DNA of 64,000 nt from Candidatus Methanomethylophilaceae archaeon. Lineage in GTDB: Archaea > Thermoplasmatota > Thermoplasmata > Methanomassiliicoccales > Methanomethylophilaceae. The notes under the pieces were generated by a model. That model did no database searches. It was given only the letters and a program-made list of their open reading frames with translations, and was not told the DNA's origin. A program made the position numbers and the translations under genes. Positions 46,368 to 54,608 of this stretch are shown here, one piece after another. Every line of letters begins with the position of its first letter. The first letter of the stretch is position 1. The DNA lies in assembly GCA_944320495.1 (NCBI GenBank), contig CALUHR010000005.1:96001-160000 (forward strand). Direction: 5' to 3'.

Positions 46368-47940
46368 CCCGCTCCGCGTCGTAGAGCTGTTCTCCGGCAT
46401 AGGCAGTCAGGCCATGGCCCTGAAGAGGCTCGGCGTACCCTACACGGTCGTCGGCACCTCCGAGATAGACGGACCCGCCATGAGGAGCTACGAGGCCATC
46501 CACGGCCCCGTCAACCAGCTCGGCGACATCACCAAGCTGGAATCGCTCCCCGAGTGCGATCTCGTCACCTACTCGTTCCCGTGCCTGACGGGCGACATGC
46601 CCGTCCTGACGTCCAAGGGCTACATGCCCATCCGCTCCATCGAGCCGGGCGACTGCGTGTACTCCCTGGACGGGAAGTACCACCGCGTACTGGCCAGCGG
46701 ATGCACCGGCACGAAGCCCACGTACCGCCTGAAGGTCAAGGGACACAAGGAGGTCAGATGCACCGCCGACCACTCCTTCCGCGTCCGGTACGCGGACGGG
46801 GGCATCGGCTGGGTGTCCGCCACCATGCTGGACCGCCTCGGGGAGGCCAGGGTCGTCGCGTGCGACGGCGAGGCGGAGGACAGGCCGGTCCTCTCCCTCT
46901 GGGAGGTGGAGTCGGTGACACCCACCAACTACGCCGAGAACGTCTACGACATCACCGTCGAAGGCTCCCAGAGCTTCGTCGTCAACGGACTCGTCACCCA
47001 CAACTGCCAGGATCTCTCCGTGGCGGGGATGCAGAGGGGTATGGAGCTCGGCTCCGGCACCCGCTCGTCCCTTCTCTGGGAGGTCGGCAGGCTCATCGGC
47101 AAGGCGGTCGAGGACGGACACCCGCCCCAGTGCCTGCTGATGGAGAACGTGGACGCGATCCTCAACCAGCTGAACATCGACGCCTTCGAGGCGTGGATCC
47201 GCGTCCTCGAGAAGCTCGGGTACACGTCCACCTACCGGGTCCTCAACGCCGTCAACTACGGCGTCCCCCAGAACAGGAGGAGGTGCTTCATGGTGTCCTA
47301 CTACGGGAACCTGAAATATGTCTTCCCCGAGGGGCACCCGACCGACAGGCGTCTCCGTGACGTGCTGGAGGACGACGTCCCCGAGAGCTTCTACCTCTCG
47401 GACGATAAGATCGCCAAGTACGAGGCCCACAAGCGCCGCCACGACGCCAAGGGCCACGGACTCGGCTGGAAGCCCGTCACTCCCGACGGGATCGGCCACC
47501 CGACCACCACCAAGCCCGACCGTCAGTCCCAGAACTTCCTCATCACCCAGGGCTCCCTCGCGGAGTACCGCGCGGAGCACAAGGACGATTCCGAGTCCGC
47601 CGACGGGGCGAGCATCGTGATCGCCGGCAAGATCGACTGCGGCTACGACTACCGCGGACGCGTCTACGGCGACGAGGGGATCTCCCCCGCACTCAACGCC
47701 TGCGGAGGAGGGGACCTCATGCCCAAGATTGAGGTCGAGGGACACGGGGAGGTCGCACCATCCGACGGACCCCACGATGCATCCCTGGCATTCAAGGGCA
47801 ACATCACGTCCACGGGCGTCCAGTCCGGCCGCGTCTACGGGGACGACGGAATCGCTCCGACCATCCCGTCCCAGCCCTTCCAGGGCCCCACGCCCCCCGT
47901 GATGGAGGACGGCCACACCAGAGGTGACGTCGATGAGTGA
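46318..47940 (+). CDS. dcm: C5 DNA cytosine methyltransferase, N-terminal subunit (motifs I-VIII), intein-containing
   Basis: VVELFSGIGS (I), SFP/CQDLS (IV), LMENV (VI), PQNRRRCF (VIII). Confidence 0.93.
   Translation: MTAITSDLGPRIPTEDDPLRVVELFSGIGSQAMALKRLGVPYTVVGTSEIDGPAMRSYEAIHGPVNQLGDITKLESLPECDLVTYSFPCLTGDMPVLTSKGYMPIRSIEPGDCVYSLDGKYHRVLASGCTGTKPTYRLKVKGHKEVRCTADHSFRVRYADGGIGWVSATMLDRLGEARVVACDGEAEDRPVLSLWEVESVTPTNYAENVYDITVEGSQSFVVNGLVTHNCQDLSVAGMQRGMELGSGTRSSLLWEVGRLIGKAVEDGHPPQCLLMENVDAILNQLNIDAFEAWIRVLEKLGYTSTYRVLNAVNYGVPQNRRRCFMVSYYGNLKYVFPEGHPTDRRLRDVLEDDVPESFYLSDDKIAKYEAHKRRHDAKGHGLGWKPVTPDGIGHPTTTKPDRQSQNFLITQGSLAEYRAEHKDDSESADGASIVIAGKIDCGYDYRGRVYGDEGISPALNACGGGDLMPKIEVEGHGEVAPSDGPHDASLAFKGNITSTGVQSGRVYGDDGIAPTIPSQPFQGPTPPVMEDGHTRGDVDE
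46582..47004 (+). mobile_element. Mini-intein (141 aa, no homing endonuclease) inside MTase motif IV
   Basis: Starts CLTGD, block B TADHSF, block F VYDITVE, ends VTHN followed by C+1. Confidence 0.95.
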
Positions 47941-48418
47941 CGACACAGTGGTCTACCCCTGCAACACGAGGAAGGGCTACATGGTGGCCAGCGAGGGCGA
48001 CGGACTCGTCACGATGCGTCCCGAGAAGGCCCGTGGCACCGTACAGCCCCAGAAGGCGCCCACCCTCACCACGGGTGCCGCCTGCGGATGCGGTGTCGTC
48101 GTCCGCGACGGACCCGAATCCCCGGAGTGCGAGGGACACGGGGAGGTCGCACCCTCCGAGAACCCCCACGGCAAGCTGAGGATCCGCTACCTCACTCCCC
48201 GCGAATGCTGGAGGCTGATGGGACAGCCCGACTGGGCGTACGACAGGGCCGTCGAGGCGGGGACCGCCAAGACCCAGCTCTACCGTCAGGCGGGCAACTC
48301 GATCGTCGTGGACATCCTGATGGCCATCTTCAAGGGCATGTACGTGGACCGCACCTGGGAGAAGCGCAAGTTCAAGCCAGTCTCCCTGGACGATTTCACG
48401 AAGGGGGGATCGGAGTGA
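47933..48418 (+). CDS. C5 DNA methyltransferase C-terminal subunit (motifs IX-X)
   Basis: RYLTPRECWRLMG, QLYRQAGNSIVV; own SD GAGGTGA at 47921. Confidence 0.9.
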   Translation: MSDDTVVYPCNTRKGYMVASEGDGLVTMRPEKARGTVQPQKAPTLTTGAACGCGVVVRDGPESPECEGHGEVAPSENPHGKLRIRYLTPRECWRLMGQPDWAYDRAVEAGTAKTQLYRQAGNSIVVDILMAIFKGMYVDRTWEKRKFKPVSLDDFTKGGSE

Positions 48419-48528
48419 TCGGCCCCTACAGCTGTCCCAAGTGCGGGACCACGTTCTACAGCCAGGACGAGGCCATCGAGCACTTCGCCGTCTGCGGCGG
48501 CTACGTCACCGAGGAGGGGTCGGAATGA
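48415..48528 (+). CDS. 37-aa C2H2-like Zn-finger miniprotein
   Basis: YSCPKCGTTFYSQDEAIEHFAVC; GTGA and ATGA coupled. Confidence 0.7.
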   Translation: MIGPYSCPKCGTTFYSQDEAIEHFAVCGGYVTEEGSE

Positions 48529-49067
48529 GCGACACCCGTATCCGCATCCCCCTCCCCGAGGGATTCACCGTCCGCGACCTCTGCTGGCTCCTAGAGAGGG
48601 CGGAGGCGCTCAGGGACTGGGACTGGAGGGACGACGGCTACCCGGACGACATCTGGGACGACAAAGCCCTCACCCTCTACGCCGACGACAAGTTCGGACG
48701 CGAGGACGTCAGGAGGTTCAGGGACCAGCTCCGCTACCACAAGTGGGATGTCGAGCCCGACTACGAGCCGACGCTCGCTTGGATCGACGGCACCGCCATC
48801 CCCTTCCCAGAGGGCTTCACGGTCCGCGACCTCGCATGGCTGGAGGAGGAGGTTGCGAGGATACTGCGCGACTGCAACATCATCCCGCACCCCGAGACCA
48901 GCACCGACGCGGACATCGTCTGGTACCCCGACTGCCTCCGCATCTACATCGAGATCGACGAGGGACACGCCAGGGAGCTCAGGCAGGCGCTCCGCGACCG
49001 CGAGTGGGACGTGAAACCCGACTTCGAGCCAGTGTTCGCATGGGCCGACGGGGGTGAGTCCCCATGA
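48525..49067 (+). CDS. Hypothetical protein made of two tandem ~85-aa repeats
   Basis: IPLPEGFTVRDLCWL...WDVEPDYEP..AW.DG repeated as IPFPEGFTVRDLAWL...WDVKPDFEP..AW.DG. Confidence 0.8.
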   Translation: MSDTRIRIPLPEGFTVRDLCWLLERAEALRDWDWRDDGYPDDIWDDKALTLYADDKFGREDVRRFRDQLRYHKWDVEPDYEPTLAWIDGTAIPFPEGFTVRDLAWLEEEVARILRDCNIIPHPETSTDADIVWYPDCLRIYIEIDEGHARELRQALRDREWDVKPDFEPVFAWADGGESP

Positions 49068-49426
49068 CCGTCAAGATGTACGTCGAGATGAGGGAGAACT
49101 ACCCATGCACCGACGTAGAGGTGGAGATGACCCTCTCCGACGGCGACAGATCCGCCTGGTACGACTTCATGAAGTGCCGCGGACCCGTGTCCCTCTTCTG
49201 GGACGCCAAGGCCCACAGACTCATCATCCAGACGCCCAAGGTCTACGAGACGAAGGAGTTCCTTGAGTGCCGCAACTGCCACGCGTGGCTCCTCGGTTCC
49301 GAGATCTCCGAGGACAGGGATGGGTACGACGGCGACTGCTTCAAGAGGTGCCCGTGGTGCATGGGCCCGTCCGCCTTCGATCTCATGATGCCTGTCAGGT
49401 TCGAACCGGGGGGGGGTCGTCCTTGA
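49064..49426 (+). CDS. Hypothetical protein with CxxC...CPWC Zn ribbon
   Basis: ATGA-coupled; ends just after a G9 run. Confidence 0.7.
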   Translation: MTVKMYVEMRENYPCTDVEVEMTLSDGDRSAWYDFMKCRGPVSLFWDAKAHRLIIQTPKVYETKEFLECRNCHAWLLGSEISEDRDGYDGDCFKRCPWCMGPSAFDLMMPVRFEPGGGRP

Positions 49427-49643
49427 CCCTTTCCTCGGCTCCGGCACAACAGCCGTCGCCGCCAGGCAGCTCGGCTACGACTGGATCGGCATCGAGATCG
49501 ACCCCGCGTTCTGCGAGGTCGCCCGCCGGCGCATCGCTGGTTCAGCACCGTCCCTCACGGGACTTGAGCGTTTCGCAACCGTTGGTTCAGCGGACGCTCT
49601 CGAAACCCTACGCACAAACCGCTCAACACCCAGAGGAGAATGA
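49416..49643 (+). pseudogene. C-terminal fragment of a beta-class amino-MTase (SAM-binding motif I), no start codon
   Basis: VVLDPFLGSGTTAVAARQLGYDWIGIEIDPAFCEVARRRI in the frame following G9; absent from the ORF track. Confidence 0.85.
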
Positions 49644-49647
49644 AACA

Positions 49648-50103
49648 ATGGATGGGAAGAACAACAAGAACCACGACATGACCGAACTCGCGGCCGCCCT
49701 CGTGGACGCCGTCAGGACCGCCCGCGACCAGGGATGGGAGATCAAGGCCGTCAGGGTCAGCAAGATCACCGATCCCGACATCCCCGAGGACGAGGACGAG
49801 ACCCCCTGGGGCCAGGTCGAGGCCATGCTGGACGCCTGCGAGGACTCGAAGGAGGACGGAACGGACGACGGACGCTTCGACGGCGACGACGTCTGCATGA
49901 TCGTGAACGTCGCGGCCATCGCCACCGCGGTGGAGATCATGGGGTCCGCCCTCAAGCTCCTCGAGAACCCCTGCTCGGGGGACGATGAGTTCGACGCCAA
50001 GGTGAAGACGGCGGCGGGGGTCATCGGAAGCACCCTTGACATGGTCTACAATACCTGCGAGGAGGCCAGGGAGTCCATCTTCGACGACGGGGGTGAGGAG
50101 TGA
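49648..50103 (+). CDS. Acidic hypothetical protein
   Basis: SD GAGGAG upstream of ATG 49648. Confidence 0.7.
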   Translation: MDGKNNKNHDMTELAAALVDAVRTARDQGWEIKAVRVSKITDPDIPEDEDETPWGQVEAMLDACEDSKEDGTDDGRFDGDDVCMIVNVAAIATAVEIMGSALKLLENPCSGDDEFDAKVKTAAGVIGSTLDMVYNTCEEARESIFDDGGEE

Positions 50104-50360
50104 TGTCCTCCGGGGCAGCCGTCATCAGCACCGCCGTGTTCGGAGGCAACGACCACACCCTGGACGTCATCCAGAGGATGAGGCCCTTAGTCACCGTCAT
50201 GAAGGCGGGCTCCGAGGAGCTCCGCAAGCAGGTCTACGACCTCGATGAGGACGTGGCGCCCCGTCTCGGGACACCGCTGTCCTCCATCATGACCGACCTC
50301 CTCAACTTGGAGCGCGAGATGGACGCCATCGCCGACGGGATCGTCTGGGGGGATGAGTGA
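50100..50360 (+). CDS. Hypothetical helical protein
   Basis: Coupled to both neighbours. Confidence 0.65.
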   Translation: MMSSGAAVISTAVFGGNDHTLDVIQRMRPLVTVMKAGSEELRKQVYDLDEDVAPRLGTPLSSIMTDLLNLEREMDAIADGIVWGDE

Positions 50361-51085
50361 TGGCAGCCGTCACCACCATCAGCAAGGCCAACCTCGTGAC
50401 CCTCCTCGGCCAGATCCAGACCGTCGTCCGCGAGGACATGTGCATCGAGTACACCCCCGACGGATGGAGGATCAAGGCCGTGGACACCGCCCACGTGGCC
50501 ATGATCGACATCATGGTCTGGAGCCAGACCGCGATGGAGGCATACCAGCCGGACCCCAACATCCCCGAGGTGTACCTCCCGATCAAGAAGCTGTCCGACG
50601 CCCTCACCATCTTCCCCGACGACAGCCCCGTCACCCTCACCGACGACGGCACCACCACCAGGCTGGACTGCGGGAAGATGCACCGTGTCCTCCGCAACAT
50701 CGCAGTCCCCGGGACGCCCAAGCCGAAGATCCCCGCTCTGGAGCTCACCTGCATCTTCGAGCTGGACACCTCGGAGATCGGCAGGATGATGCAGAAGGGA
50801 CTGTCCGTCTCGGACCACTTCCGCATCACCTGCGGACCCGAGGGCCTGAGCATCGTCATCGTCAACGACGACGGGGAGGAGGTGGCCTACGACGACCCCG
50901 AGAAGAAGTCCGCCGACGGAACCACATACTCCGCCATGTTCCCACTGGACTACTTCGTGTCCGCCCTGAACGGACTGAAGGGTTCCATCCTCGTGAACAT
51001 GGAGACGGACTTCCCCATCGCGCTGAACAGCCAGGCCCCGTTCACGACCAAGTACCTCCTGGCCCCCAGGATCGAGGAGGAGTGA
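50360..51085 (+). CDS. pcn: DNA polymerase sliding clamp (PCNA), element-encoded and divergent
   Basis: IKAVDTAHVAMI, PKPKIPALEL, SAMFPLDYF, C-terminal YLLAPRIEEE; ~241 aa. Confidence 0.9.
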   Translation: MAAVTTISKANLVTLLGQIQTVVREDMCIEYTPDGWRIKAVDTAHVAMIDIMVWSQTAMEAYQPDPNIPEVYLPIKKLSDALTIFPDDSPVTLTDDGTTTRLDCGKMHRVLRNIAVPGTPKPKIPALELTCIFELDTSEIGRMMQKGLSVSDHFRITCGPEGLSIVIVNDDGEEVAYDDPEKKSADGTTYSAMFPLDYFVSALNGLKGSILVNMETDFPIALNSQAPFTTKYLLAPRIEEE

Positions 51086-51098
51086 GGGGGCGGTTCCG

Positions 51099-51614
51099 TT
51101 GATCGTCACTCTGGACGAGATCTTCGAGCGCGTCAGGCAGGGGCAGACGCCCCGCCAGGTCGCCTCGGATCTCGGCATAACCATGAGCGCCATCCGCAAC
51201 AGGATGCGCGAAGCCGGCCGCTGGGACGAGTTCCTGGCGGTGGCCGCCATGACCACCGCGGACCTCGTGGCCGCGGTGGACGTGGGGGCCCTCATGGCCA
51301 AGGCGTCCGAGGGTGTCAGCCTCAACCGCGCATGCGTGGAGCTGGGCTACACCCGCGCGGTGGCCGAGGAGGCCCTCGAGTCCGTGGGCAGGACGGCGGA
51401 GTACCACGTGCGCCGCCAGGCGGCCAGGATGGGGATCCCCGTCCCCTCCCTGGACGCCATGTCCTACCACAGGGGTCCGAGGACCGCGATCACCACCGTC
51501 ATCCCACTGCTGGACGACGAGCGGAGGGCCTCTGTCCTGGAGGCCCTGACCGCCATCGACGGCATGATCCGCGACGGTGCGACGCTGTCCCGTATCTGCG
51601 GGGGATCCCCATGA
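51099..51614 (+). CDS. HTH DNA-binding protein
   Basis: TPRQVASDLGITMSAIRNRMRE and a second HTH-like SLNRACVELG. Confidence 0.7.
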   Translation: MIVTLDEIFERVRQGQTPRQVASDLGITMSAIRNRMREAGRWDEFLAVAAMTTADLVAAVDVGALMAKASEGVSLNRACVELGYTRAVAEEALESVGRTAEYHVRRQAARMGIPVPSLDAMSYHRGPRTAITTVIPLLDDERRASVLEALTAIDGMIRDGATLSRICGGSP

Positions 51615-52000
51615 AGCAGACAATCGTCATGAGGATCCTCCCGGACTACGAGATCCGTCTCTCCAAGGACGTCGGCGGTGCGGAGCTCTACAATGTCTAC
51701 GACAAGACGCTGAACCGCATAGTCGGCCACTCCAAGCGCTACGAGACGGCCCTCACCTTCGCCCTCACCCGCCAGGAGCCCATAATCGTCGGGACCCCTC
51801 CCGAGGGGTTCCACCGCGAACAGCTCTGCACCTACGGCCCCTACACCATCATCAGGACCGTCCGCAAGGACGGCGAGGACAGCGGGCTGAGATGGGTGTA
51901 CGAGGCCGTGGACCGCGACGGGACCGTCATGGCCACGTCGTCGAGCTTCATCGACATCAGCCAGAGGGCCGTCCGCATGGCCGCGGAGGTGAGGAGATGA
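51611..52000 (+). CDS. Hypothetical protein
   Basis: ATGA-coupled. Confidence 0.7.
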   Translation: MKQTIVMRILPDYEIRLSKDVGGAELYNVYDKTLNRIVGHSKRYETALTFALTRQEPIIVGTPPEGFHREQLCTYGPYTIIRTVRKDGEDSGLRWVYEAVDRDGTVMATSSSFIDISQRAVRMAAEVRR

Positions 52001-52392
52001 CCGTCGCCGAGACGTCCGTGCAGGCGTACTACGGCGCGGAGCGTCTCTCCCGCCAGAGGTGCATCCAGGTCCGCGAGTTCATCGAGGCCAACCCCGACGT
52101 CTGCAACGAGGACATCTCCCGCGGGCTCCGCATGCCCATCCAGACCGTCACGCCCCGCGTGAAGGAATTGAAGGAGAACGGGGTCGTCTGGGTCACCGGA
52201 CGCAAGAAGACGTCCACGGGGGCGGGTGCCAAGACCTACAGGGTCGCCTGCTGTCCCAAGTGCCTCTCTGCCCGTCTGGAGGCCACAAGGATCGACAGCC
52301 AGAGGTTCCGCTATTACTGCTGGAGCTGCGGACACACGTTCATCGCCCGCCTCGGGGAGCGCTCCGAGGACGTCGTGGAGGTGCTGGCATGA
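51997..52392 (+). CDS. Winged-HTH plus Zn-ribbon protein
   Basis: NEDISRGLRMPIQTVTPRVKELKENG; CPKC...CWSCG. Confidence 0.75.
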   Translation: MTVAETSVQAYYGAERLSRQRCIQVREFIEANPDVCNEDISRGLRMPIQTVTPRVKELKENGVVWVTGRKKTSTGAGAKTYRVACCPKCLSARLEATRIDSQRFRYYCWSCGHTFIARLGERSEDVVEVLA

Positions 52393-52745
52393 CCCGCGTC
52401 CTCGATCAGAGGGAGAGGCTCAGGCCGATCCCCAAGTGCAGGATCTGCGGGGGGAACTTCTGCGTCTGCGGACGCCGCATCTCCAAGGACGGCACCGTCC
52501 TCATGGAACTCGACTGCATCTGCGGGAACCGTCTCACGGTCCTCCGCAGCCTGAGAGGCGTATCCCATGCCCGAGGACGACTGGAGGAGCATCTCCGGCA
52601 GGACCTACCTCATGGGTACCCGCGCCAAGGCCGTGATGGACAACCTGTCCGTCATGCTCCCCGGCATCAGCAAGAGCCAGATCCTCAACGTGGCCCTGTT
52701 CTACACGGCGAACTCGATCCGCGAGCGCCGCGGGGACAACCATGA
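52389..52745 (+). CDS. Small Zn-ribbon protein (3' extension may be spurious)
   Basis: CRICGG...CICG. Confidence 0.55.
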   Translation: MTRVLDQRERLRPIPKCRICGGNFCVCGRRISKDGTVLMELDCICGNRLTVLRSLRGVSHARGRLEEHLRQDLPHGYPRQGRDGQPVRHAPRHQQEPDPQRGPVLHGELDPRAPRGQP

Positions 52746-53019
52746 CGTCCCCGTGCGCAAGGCGTTCGACGAGATCGTCGACGAGCTCACCGAGGTCGGC
52801 TACAAGGACCTTCTCACCAGCGTCCTGCCCTTCAGCTCGAAGAACCAGACGCGCCTGGACAACTTCCTCGGCTCCAAGATAGACGTGGACCTCGATGCCG
52901 AAGGCTTCGACCCCCTGGAATCCGCCGAGTACGAAACCGATTTCGAAACGACTTCCCGGGATGGGATGGAAATGGATGGGAACGACGAGAACGTCGGTGA
53001 AGAGGGGGGATCGGAATGA
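52567..53019 (+). CDS. Hypothetical protein, RHH-like N-terminus, acidic tail
   Basis: GISKSQILNVAL; ends at a junction motif. Confidence 0.65.
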   Translation: MPEDDWRSISGRTYLMGTRAKAVMDNLSVMLPGISKSQILNVALFYTANSIRERRGDNHDVPVRKAFDEIVDELTEVGYKDLLTSVLPFSSKNQTRLDNFLGSKIDVDLDAEGFDPLESAEYETDFETTSRDGMEMDGNDENVGEEGGSE

Positions 53020-53396
53020 CGATGTCGTTCCGCAGGACCCCCGAGCCCAGGACGCCGAAGGTGACCCGGGCCATGATGGGTGTGGACGACGATGCCGCGG
53101 AGCCGAAGGCCCCCTTCGAGCGCAAGCGGAACATCTCCAAGGAGATCGCGAACCCCCCGAAGAAGCAGTTCGACTACCTGATCATCAAGCAGGACGGGGA
53201 CATGATGTTCGTCGTGGACGGCACCATGCCCGCGGAGAAGGCCGCCAAGGTCTATCTCCGCCACATGCCGAACGCCCAGGTGTTCGACGCCTACGAGCCC
53301 GGATTCGCCCGGTTCAACGTCGTCACCCAGGCGTACGAGGTGTGCCCCGAGGGCAAGGGGACGTTCCGCGTCCACATCTTCCACATGGGGGTGTGA
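53016..53396 (+). CDS. Hypothetical protein
   Basis: ATGA-coupled. Confidence 0.7.
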   Translation: MTMSFRRTPEPRTPKVTRAMMGVDDDAAEPKAPFERKRNISKEIANPPKKQFDYLIIKQDGDMMFVVDGTMPAEKAAKVYLRHMPNAQVFDAYEPGFARFNVVTQAYEVCPEGKGTFRVHIFHMGV

Positions 53397-53773
53397 GCAC
53401 GGAGACCGTCAGAGAGACGTTCTACAGGTGCGAGGTCTGCGGACAGAGGTTCAGGGTCCTCTCCGAGGCGTCCGCCCACGAGGTCGTCTGCCGCGAGAAC
53501 GAGTTCCGCGCGAGATCCCTCATCGGGAAGTGGGTGTTCTACGGCACCAGGGCCGGATTCGTCTTCGACGCGGCCGACAACGGTTCGTGCGTCAGGCTCT
53601 ACGTCCCCCTCGAGGCCCTCATCCACATCACCCCCGCCGATCAGTGCAGGGTCACCGACGAGGAGACGGCCATCGGGGACATCAGGAAGGCCCTGGAGGA
53701 CAACATCGCCCTCACCTCCCTCTACAAGAGGATGGCCCCCGCCAACGCCGAGATCGAGGGGGCGGTAGAGTGA
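53393..53773 (+). CDS. C2H2-like Zn finger plus beta-domain protein (paralog family)
   Basis: YRCEVCGQRF....EASAHEVVC...LIGKW. Confidence 0.75.
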   Translation: MSTETVRETFYRCEVCGQRFRVLSEASAHEVVCRENEFRARSLIGKWVFYGTRAGFVFDAADNGSCVRLYVPLEALIHITPADQCRVTDEETAIGDIRKALEDNIALTSLYKRMAPANAEIEGAVE

Positions 53774-54009
53774 GCGGCCGCGAGTACCACTCGTGCAGGA
53801 TTTTCTCCAACGAGTGGACATCCGAGGGGCGTGCCATAAGCAACATCGTCCACGGGTCCGTCGGGGCCGCCCTCGAGGAGGGTCTGGACGACGCGGAGAG
53901 CGAGGTCGCCTTCCGCGAGTCCTACACCGTCGTCGAGTACGTCGGCGGACGCTACGTCCGCGTCCCGGACGAGACCGTGGACGAGCTGAAGAGGGTGATG
54001 CTGGCATGA
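53770..54009 (+). CDS. Hypothetical protein
   Basis: GTGA and ATGA coupled. Confidence 0.6.
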   Translation: MSGREYHSCRIFSNEWTSEGRAISNIVHGSVGAALEEGLDDAESEVAFRESYTVVEYVGGRYVRVPDETVDELKRVMLA

Positions 54010-54608
54010 GGGCCGAGACCCACTTCGTCTGCGAGCTCTGCGGCGAGAGGTTCGACTCCAGCACCGACTGCCTGGAGCACGAGTCCACCATGCACCGCGC
54101 CCCCGCCCCCGGATTCTACACCTCGGGGGACAGGCTCATCCACGTGACGCCCACGGACCACAGCTTCGTGGACTCCGACCTGCACGTGAGACACGACACG
54201 AACGACAGCTTCCGCTTCACCGAGGTCGTCGAGATCTCCGAGTGGGAGGCGTACAAGATGATGAGCGGATGGAGCTCGGACAGGTTCCGCAACCTCCTGG
54301 CCACGATGGGCATCCGCGAGCAGGGCGTAGGGGGGAGGAGGCGATGGCCTTCGAGTACCGCGAGTGCAGGGACTGCGCCCACCACGTCCTGGCCGAGTCC
54401 ATCGAGATGGGCCCGGAGGGGATCATGGGCAAGACCGTCGTCCCGATCTGCACCCTCAAGGGCATCACCATCGGGGAGGTCGGCCGCGGGGCCGGCTACT
54501 GCTCCTACTTCGAGGAGGGGGAACACCCTCCGAGGGAGACCTGCCATGGATGCTCCCACAGCTTCAAGGTCGAGACGTTCGAGATGGACCCCTCCGGTAT
54601 CCTCCTGA
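54006..54608 (+). CDS. C2H2 Zn-finger protein (natural end probably near 54344)
   Basis: FVCELCGERFDSSTDCLEHESTMH. Confidence 0.65.
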   Translation: MRAETHFVCELCGERFDSSTDCLEHESTMHRAPAPGFYTSGDRLIHVTPTDHSFVDSDLHVRHDTNDSFRFTEVVEISEWEAYKMMSGWSSDRFRNLLATMGIREQGVGGRRRWPSSTASAGTAPTTSWPSPSRWARRGSWARPSSRSAPSRASPSGRSAAGPATAPTSRRGNTLRGRPAMDAPTASRSRRSRWTPPVSS

